Below the pieces are notes generated by a model, which worked only from the letters and a program-made list of their open reading frames with translations, searched no databases and was not told where the DNA came from. The position numbers and the translations under genes are program-made. From Eledone cirrhosa (Eukaryota): a stretch of DNA of 64,000 bases. The DNA is taken from the NCBI GenBank assembly GCA_964016885.1, contig OZ024742.1:259160001-259224000 (forward strand), given 5' to 3'. This document shows, in pieces, positions 56,495 through 64,000 of the stretch (positions are counted from its first letter, which is position 1; each line of letters opens with the position of its first letter).

Positions 56495-57110
56495 ATATCA
56501 TCATTATCACCCGGCGGCCTCAGCCTAAATCGACTCAACAATTGATCTCCACGTGGGTATGTCGTTCATTGCCGTTGCCTAGTCCTGGATTTCAACACCA
56601 GAATCTCTGAAGATGACATCGGGGTAGGAGAGCTGCGCCCCCTGTTATTAATGACCGCTTGTGGTTTCCAAAGCACTAATGTGAACACAGCCTCATAGGT
56701 GGCACAATGGCAGTGGCCAGCAAATCTTACTCCCCTCTTACGTACAACGACAGATATGCGTGGGAGGCCGTCATATATCTCTCTCAAAGGCAGATGTCGC
56801 CAGCTTATGTTCTGAATGCGCTGAAGCAAGTGAGTGTATGGGCCATCAACGTGCTTTAATTCTTTGGATAAAAGCGTCCATGTTTCACTTCCATAGAGCA
56901 AGATTTGTTGAATTGTTACTTGGAAGAGTCTGATCTTGGTGTGGTTGGAAAGATTTGAGCGCCAAACTCGATCCATCTTGTTGCAAGCTGACCATGCTTG
57001 GACCTTTCTAGTGCCGAAATCCTTCTCATAGTCCATGATCCAGGACCCAAGATATTTGAAATCATCGATTTGCTTGATATCACTGCCGTTCATTCTAAAT
57101 ATATAAGCGA
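56495..57110 (-). mobile_element. RTE-like LINE 3' fragment with (GAT)-type tail
   Basis: DFKYLGSWI..KIRLF..ILLYGSETWTL..RFAGHC; short (ATG) tail at about 56495-56509. Confidence 0.85.
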
Positions 57111-57456
57111 GCACAACACATTTATTTCAATCTTTCCGGTTTTATTTATTTTTAAGGCCTCACCTGTGGTATTCTGTGCCTATTAGTATTAGTATGTTAT
57201 TTCAATGGTTAATTATATGCCATATACTCTTAAAAACCAATGAACATAGCTGAGAGAAAGAGAGATATATGAAGACAGAAATAGGTAGATAGAAAGAATC
57301 GACCCAGTATTGGAATGGTATACTATTTATCGATCTTGTAAAGATGAAAAGTTGATATAGCCGGGTTTTGGAACAAATACCGCAACGCGTTCTATCCGAT
57401 GCTGTACACACTCTGGGTCAATAATTGTGATGGTAATAGCAATCGTGATGATTGTA

Positions 57457-57642
57457 ATAATTGTTTCTACTTTAGGCAGAAGGCCAGCAATTACCCAGTG
57501 CATTACTGGTACTTTATTTTATCGACCCCGTAAGGATGAAAGGCAAAGTCAACCTCGGCGGAATTTGAACTCAGATCGTAAAGGGACATAACTATTCTGG
57601 AAAGCATGGCGTCCAACCTATACCTATACTGCCAATCCACCT
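57457..57642 (-). mobile_element. SINE family A with TSD TGATTGTAATAAT
   Basis: TSD at 57449-57461 and 57643-57655. Confidence 0.92.
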
Positions 57643-57714
57643 TGATTGTAATAATAATGGTCAATGAAACATATTGCGTGATGACTTGCAAAAAATGCAA
57701 AATGTAGATGGTGT

Positions 57715-57955
57715 TTATTTTGATGATAGTGATAATTATGGTAATGCTGATGATGATGGTGTCCACTTCAATGAAAATAGTAATGATTGATGATGACGTA
57801 AATGATGATGGTGAAGATGATGTATATTATATAAATGACAGTGATGATGAAAACGATGAAGATGATAATGATGGGGAGGATGATTATGATATCATCGTCG
57901 ATGTTATCGTTGATGATTGTGATGATGATAGTGATGACGATGGTGATTATAAACT
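57715..57955. repeat. Degenerate (GAT)n low-complexity tract
   Basis: Direct reading. Confidence 0.85.
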
Positions 57956-58628
57956 ATAGCATGCAATTGCTGATGACATTTTAAATTCTTTCATGTAGAT
58001 TACACAAACGTGATTGAATTCGAAAAATATTAAAAAACAGACTGATGGGTTTTAAAGGTAAAATAATAAAAATACAAAATGAGATATAAATCGGATAACA
58101 AACATGTTTCCTAGACAACGCAAACATTTGTTACACAATATAATGTTCATTATTTCTAAAATGTGTATAGCTTGAAATTACACGTATTCTATATTCAGTA
58201 CATACTTTTCACAAGTGCTTACTTCATTATATCATAGTTTTCCGTGTGTGAACTGAACATGTCTCAACGGTTAAGAAGGGCACTTCGCAATCATAGTGTC
58301 CCTAGTTTGATCTGAGGCAAACATCATTCGTCTGAGCTTCCATTTGTGACACACACTCTGAGGGAAATTGTATAGATGGAAACATTTTAGAAGCCCGTCC
58401 AAGTATCTGGGCCTATAATGCAAAGACCCAGTCACTTCAAAATGTTTGTCGGATTGTGAATTACGATAAACAGTACATATATCTGAGGAATATTCAATCA
58501 CTTTCACTATAAAACAAGAGGAATCGTACATTTAATTTAAAAGTCTTCAAATATCGCATATTGTCATGCTAATTCGGTTTCAGAAATACAGCAAGGGACA
58601 CGTGTCAGTGAAATATTTAATCACATAA

Positions 58629-58735
58629 ATAATTGTTTATACTTTTGGCACACATCCAGACATTACCCAGTGTATTAGTGGTACTTTATTTTATCGACCC
58701 CGTAAGGATGAAAGGCAAAGTAAACCTCGGCGGGA
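58629..58735 (-). mobile_element. 5'-truncated family A SINE with 16-bp TSD TAATCACATAAATAAT
   Basis: TSD at 58618-58633 and 58736-58751. Confidence 0.9.
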
Positions 58736-59091
58736 TAATCACATAAATAATAACTCATGATTGAACTGAAGGCTCATCCTCGTAAACGACAGAGGATAAT
58801 TCAACCTCACTATTCCTCATTAAAGCAAATTCCAATCTGCAGATTGTTCATATTCTTTCATTCATTGTTTCGGTGGATAGACTGCGGCCATGTTGTGTCA
58901 CACTTTGATTTAGTACTTATTTTATCAAATCTTTATCAAGCTCAATTTAGTTGAACAGTTATGTTACAGGACATAAGCACACATACACACACACACACAT
59001 ATATATAGAGAGAGAGATGTATGTATGTGTGTTTGTGTGTATGTGCGTGTGTGTGTGTGCGTGTGTGTGTGAGTGTGTGCGTGCGTGTGTG

Positions 59092-59405
59092 ACGTCATTG
59101 AATCTGAAAGCCCAGAGATGGGAAGAGGTCACTAATTATAGTTCACGTTGGAGACGAGTACCAAGAAAAGGAGTGAAGCGTTGTATGGGGGGGGGGAGAA
59201 ACCGAAACATGCCCCCGAGAAAAACCATTCTCGAAGAAGGGATAACGCACTAACCCTGGAGAAGGCATCTTTAAATACAGGAGCTGCATACAAAACTGCA
59301 ACTCCCGTGTGGCATGTATAGCCACATCAGACGCTGCACCGCCATCACCAGCTGACACAAAATTCTCCAGGCGCAGATCCACAGTGTTTTGAGACGAACG
59401 GGCTC

Positions 59406-59407
<2 letters not shown>
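59092..59407 (+). mobile_element. RTE/BovB-like LINE 3' fragment
   Basis: WEEVTNYSSRWR, then SCIQNCNSRV/MYSHIRRC across a frameshift; UTR TTGAGACGAACGG. Confidence 0.7.
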
Positions 59408-59478
<71 letters not shown>

Positions 59479-59482
<4 letters not shown>

Positions 59483-60094
59483 ATAATAATAAATTTGAAG
59501 ACTATAATCCAAAGAGGGCTCGATAAGGATAAATATATATCAAATATAAGAACCGTAGAGCAAATATTTATAAAATAACAGATTCAAGTTTAAGCAAAGA
59601 ATCGCTGCTTTCACCCTTAACGGGATCTTCTGAAAATAACAAAGCGGAGAATCATTTGGATTCCTAGTTATAATTTTAGTCTACGACTTCAGTTATACCA
59701 TTTACGTGGTTTTGTCTTTGCGTGCAATTATTCTCAACGCTCCACATATGACGTATTATCTTCGTTTTTTTCGTTCATTGCCAGAGAACGTCTCTATGAA
59801 CCACCTAAGAGAAGATTAGTCTACGACTTCTTTTATACCATAAACGTGGTTTTGTCTTTGCATGTAATTGTTTTTCACCGCTCCAAATAATGGCGTATTA
59901 TATTCGTTTTTTCCCGTTCTTTGCCAGGGAACGTTTCCAGGAACTAAAGTATCGTCTTCCTGTCTTCCTCCGCTTGCAACGTTTTTTGAAATATTCACTT
60001 CTGCATTTACAGATTGACTTTGTTAGTTTCAGAAGATCCCGTTAAGGGTGAAAGCAGCGATTCTTTGCTTAAACTTTAATCTGTTATTTTATAA

Positions 60095-60097
<3 letters not shown>
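59479..60097 (+). mobile_element. Probable Penelope-type element with an ~80-bp inverted terminal copy (59565-59644 and 60018-60097), within (TA)n
   Basis: Inverted repeat contains CAGAAGAT-CCC-gttaa-GGG-T-GAAAGC; 59479-59562 also matches 10297-10382. Confidence 0.7.
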
Positions 60098-60139
<42 letters not shown>

Positions 60140-60685
60140 TTAGTTAAGCAAAACAAGACCACAGATTTCACAAGGAAGACATTATTAAAAGATTGTCAAC
60201 ATATTTTAGTTTGATGTAAGGAATGTAGAGAATAATAATAATAATATTAATAATAATAATGTCCGTTTAAAATTGTTTCGCTACTCCATATGATATTTCT
60301 GGATCAGATGACTATATATCATAATTGATCTGGTTCAGTTGAAAATAATTAACATATTTAAATAACAGACCGGCTCATCGGAACTTCAAAGGAATATAAA
60401 TTAAAATAATGAGAGAATGTTACATAATATAATGTTCCATATATTGGTTTTTCACTATGGTGTCTTGGTTGCATCAGTTGTCAGCCATAATCAAGCAGTA
60501 TTCATCTGTCGAGGCTGCATTGTGTGAGATTTGCCTATGGGTAACAAGATGGCTTCCAAAGGACATATTTACCTTACTAATTAGAGGGTGGTTTCAGGGG
60601 AAGTAACTCCTCGAGATATTAGAAATTGTGGGTAGTTTATAGTTAAGTGCTAATTTTTAAATTTTTTAATTGAGAGACAATGTAG

Positions 60686-61032
60686 CTTCGAATACCAGCT
60701 CTTATATTGGGTCTACCACTAACCCTTATAATGTGCGCTATAACGCGCACTCTTTTTCCTTCCGAGACCCTAGCAACAGATTTTCGACATCGCTAGCTAG
60801 GCTCATTAAAAACCTTAAATTAAGCAACGTTCAACACTCACTAAAATGGGATATCGTGGCTAGGGCCCAACCGTTCAATGGACGAAGAAAATCTTGTGAT
60901 CTCTATATTACAGAAACATATTACATAACTCTATCACGACCTCTACCGATTAACGATAGCACGGAGGTAACTATTAGCTGTCAGCATCGAAGTGCTAATT
61001 CCTTCGCCAATAGAATATTTGACCCAACTTAG
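60686..61032 (+). pseudogene. Penelope-type GIY-YIG endonuclease, C-terminal part
   Basis: YIGSTT..VRYNAHSFSF..STSLA..LK..KWDIVARAQPF..CDLY..INDSTEV..CQHR. Confidence 0.85.
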
Positions 61033-61542
61033 TCATCTAGCCCCATTTTTACTTGTAGTTAATAAGTTAAATAGCTATGACTAACTTAGATGATTATAAG
61101 TTACCTCCCCTACATTGTCTCTCAATTAAAAAATTTAAAAATTAGCACTTAACTATAAACTACGCACAATTTCTAATATCTCGAGGAGTTACTTCCCCTG
61201 AAACCACCCTCTAATTAGTAAGGTAAATATGTCATTTGGCACCCATCTTGTTACCCATAGGCAAATCTCACACAATGCAGCCTCAACAGATGAATGCTGC
61301 TTGATTATGGCTGACAACTGATGCAACCAAGACACCATAGTGAAAAACCAACATATGGAACAGTATATTATGTAACATTCTCATTATTTTAATTTATATT
61401 CCTTTGAAGTTCCGATGAGTCGCGCTTTTTTTTTAAATATGTTAATTATTTTCAACTGAACCAGATCAATTATGATATATAGTCATCTGATCCAGAAATA
61501 TCATATGGAGTAGCGAAACAATTGTAAACGGACATTATTATT

Positions 61543-61732
61543 GGTGGATTGGCAGTATCGGTAGAGGGTCGGACGCCATGCTTTGACGCATAGAGTTACC
61601 GCCCTTTCCATTCTGAGTTCAAATCCCTCCGAGGTTAACTTTGCCTTTCATATTTACGGGGTCGATAAAATAAAGTACCAGTAATGTACTGGGATAATTG
61701 CTGGCCTTGTGCCAAAAGTAGAAACAATTATT
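61543..61732 (+). mobile_element. SINE family A, full length, in the right arm of the Penelope-like element
   Basis: Absent from the left arm (empty site at about 60250-60260); inserted in ATTATTATT. Confidence 0.92.
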
Positions 61733-62023
61733 AATATTATCATTATTATTCTCTACATTACTTACATCAAATTAAAATATGTTGACAATCTTTTAATAAT
61801 GTTTTCCTTGTGAAATTTGTGGCCTTGTTTTACTTAACTAATGAATATCTCCAGCTCTGTGCGCCTAACTTCTGCATGAACCCAGCCACCTAGCTGCCTT
61901 CCACTGCATATTGTACATTGAGCACATGCCTTTACGCTTTGGCTTCTAACTAATTCACCAACCTCTCCTCTCATATCTCCTCTCCTATCTCCATCTCTCT
62001 CTTTAAGATTGGTTACTCCTGAA

Positions 62024-62151
<128 letters not shown>

Positions 62152-62164
62152 ATACGTATATGTA

Positions 62165-62580
62165 CAGAATGGTAAGATAAAAGTTACCTTCAGAATGCTG
62201 GGACAGTGGTTACCATCAGAATAGGGGAATACTGATTAATTTCATAATGATGAGATAGCAGTTCCTATCAGTGACGGTGGGGTAGTGGTTCCCATTAAAA
62301 AACTGGAATAGCAGCTACAATCGGAATAGTGTGATATACGTTACAATCAGAATGGTTGGGTAGGGGTTACCATAAGAATGGTGAGATAAAAATTACCCTC
62401 AGAATTGTGGCGTAGAGGTTACCATTAGAATGGTGAGGTAGAAGTTACATTCAGAATGATGAGTTAGTGGTTGCCATCAGAATGGCGAGATGGTGGTTAA
62501 AATTATCATGGTGGGATAGTTGTTACAATCAGGATTGTGAGATAGACATTACCATCAGCATGGTGGGGTAGAATACAGAA
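62165..62580. repeat. Degenerate ~26-bp minisatellite
   Basis: Recurrent CAGAATGGTG.GATAG.GGTTACCAT units. Confidence 0.8.
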
Positions 62581-62664
62581 TGAGTGTAATTAATATGAAG
62601 GCTCGTACTGATTATTCTCTTCCACAAGGAATACTATTTCATCTCTAGTCTTCGTCTCTATAAT

Positions 62665-62830
62665 CATAGTCCCTATAACCATCACCCCTGTAACCATCGT
62701 CCCTCTACCCCTCACCACTCTAACCTTCGTCCCTCTAAGCTTCCTCACTCTAACCTTCTTCCTTCTAACCTACGTCCATCTAACCTTCACCACTCTAAAC
62801 TTCGCCACTGTAATGATCACGTCGGTAACT
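62665..62830. repeat. Degenerate 15-bp minisatellite
   Basis: Recurrent C(C/A)CTCTAACCTTC(G/A) units. Confidence 0.8.
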
Positions 62831-64000
62831 ATCGTTTTTCACCTAAGGCTTTATATTTTTAAATTAAAGTTCTTTCCGGTTGTAATGGCAAAATTGCTTA
62901 TTATCCGAATATCTTCAGGTCTTTTTTCATTCTCATTCTAAAACCTCATACAGTACAACCAATTGATTACGGCAACAACGTGGAAATAAAACTAAGAACA
63001 CATTCCATCTCTTATGGGTGGTTTATCTCACTCAAATTACAAGTATGTTTTTAAACTGTACCCCACCTATTTTTAAATCGTGTTCAACCAAGCACTGAAT
63101 TGTTTCTCATTTCCTGGCTAAATTTTCATTTTAGCCGCGTAACGTAACAAATAAAACAACACTGAGTAGAGAATTATAAAGCTAAATAGATTAAATATTA
63201 CGGTATAAAGATTTGTTAGGAAACCAATCATCTTTATAATTTCTTTCAAAATTTCTTTTCCCTTCAGATATTTCCAGGCTCAGCACATTTTAAGATTAAA
63301 CTGACTTGTTAAAAATGTATTACACTTTAGGGAGTTAAGGACATGTTAACATCGTTCATTTTCCCTGCTAATTAAAGTTGCTTGTTGACGTGTTTTGTTT
63401 CTATATGTCATGTACGTAAATCTTTATTGCCTGTTTGAGAAATATATATGTTGGCGTTGACAGATTATTCTGAAGTGTATGTTGATGAACATGTGATTTC
63501 TAAATAAATTAAAAGGATAGATGCTTTAGTAAATGTAAACATAATTTCAAGTTTTAAAAAAATCTATTTTCTAAAAAGAAAAGTCTTGCCTTGCCTAAAC
63601 TGATACAACAGCAGAGACAAGATACGAACTCGCGACATAAAATCAGAAATTACAATAGATAGTTAATTTATTTATTCCAAATACACTATTAGTGGTTGAA
63701 TGATTAAGAAGTTCGCTTCGGAATTATTAGGTTGTGGGTGCAATCCTAACTAGTGGTATCTTGAACAATGCCATTTGAGTAACATTGAGTAGACAGAAAC
63801 TGCCTGGAAATTCCTCTGATGGCCTCTATCTGTACTTAAAAGGCCCCGCTTTGTCACACAATCTGACAGGCTGAATCTCACTGTCACTGGACACTATTTT
63901 AAAATCAACAGTGTTTGTAAAATATTCAACAACTTACACGTGAATTCACGAACAAGCCTTTTCGTTGATAAAACAACTTGGAAGTAAATCGTCGAAACCA

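Larger units (their letters stand above)
60133..61848 (+). mobile_element. 5'-truncated Penelope-like element with inverted terminal repeats (60133-60685 and 61110-61848)
   Basis: ~550-bp inverted arms around a GIY-YIG fragment; right arm interrupted by a SINE; left end abuts (TA)n. Confidence 0.85.

Noticed and set aside
57708-57959. Asp-rich ORF
   Set aside because: Degenerate (GAT)n low-complexity sequence.
62165-62830. CRISPR-like or telomeric array
   Set aside because: Contiguous degenerate units with no spacers and no true TTAGGG runs, in a eukaryotic context.

Overview
AT-rich, microsatellite-dense eukaryotic DNA with no host protein-coding exon that I can support. The repeat content resembles a cephalopod (octopus-like) genome; this is inference. 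Nearly all ORF-track entries are translations of (TA)n, (CA)n or (TACA)n. The main real contents are: (1) a near-complete, uninterrupted R4/Dong-type RT-RLE non-LTR retrotransposon in a (TAA)n tract (42703-46098); (2) an internally deleted Chapaev3-like DNA transposon with 12-bp TIRs and a TAA TSD (21824-23573); (3) a Penelope-like GIY-YIG remnant between ~550-bp inverted arms (60133-61848); (4) many short Penelope-type remnants in (TA)n tracts, with hammerhead ribozyme motifs (best at 31435-31490, minus strand) and fold-back structure; (5) RTE and R4 3' fragments and two tRNA-derived SINE families. The most notable signals are a strong branch point/polypyrimidine/CAG|GTAAGT candidate recursive splice site at 1333-1374, a high density of fold-back palindromes tied to (TA)n, and an apparent partitioning of microsatellite types among retroelement families. 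All alignments were made by eye, so boundaries of degenerate repeats are approximate.
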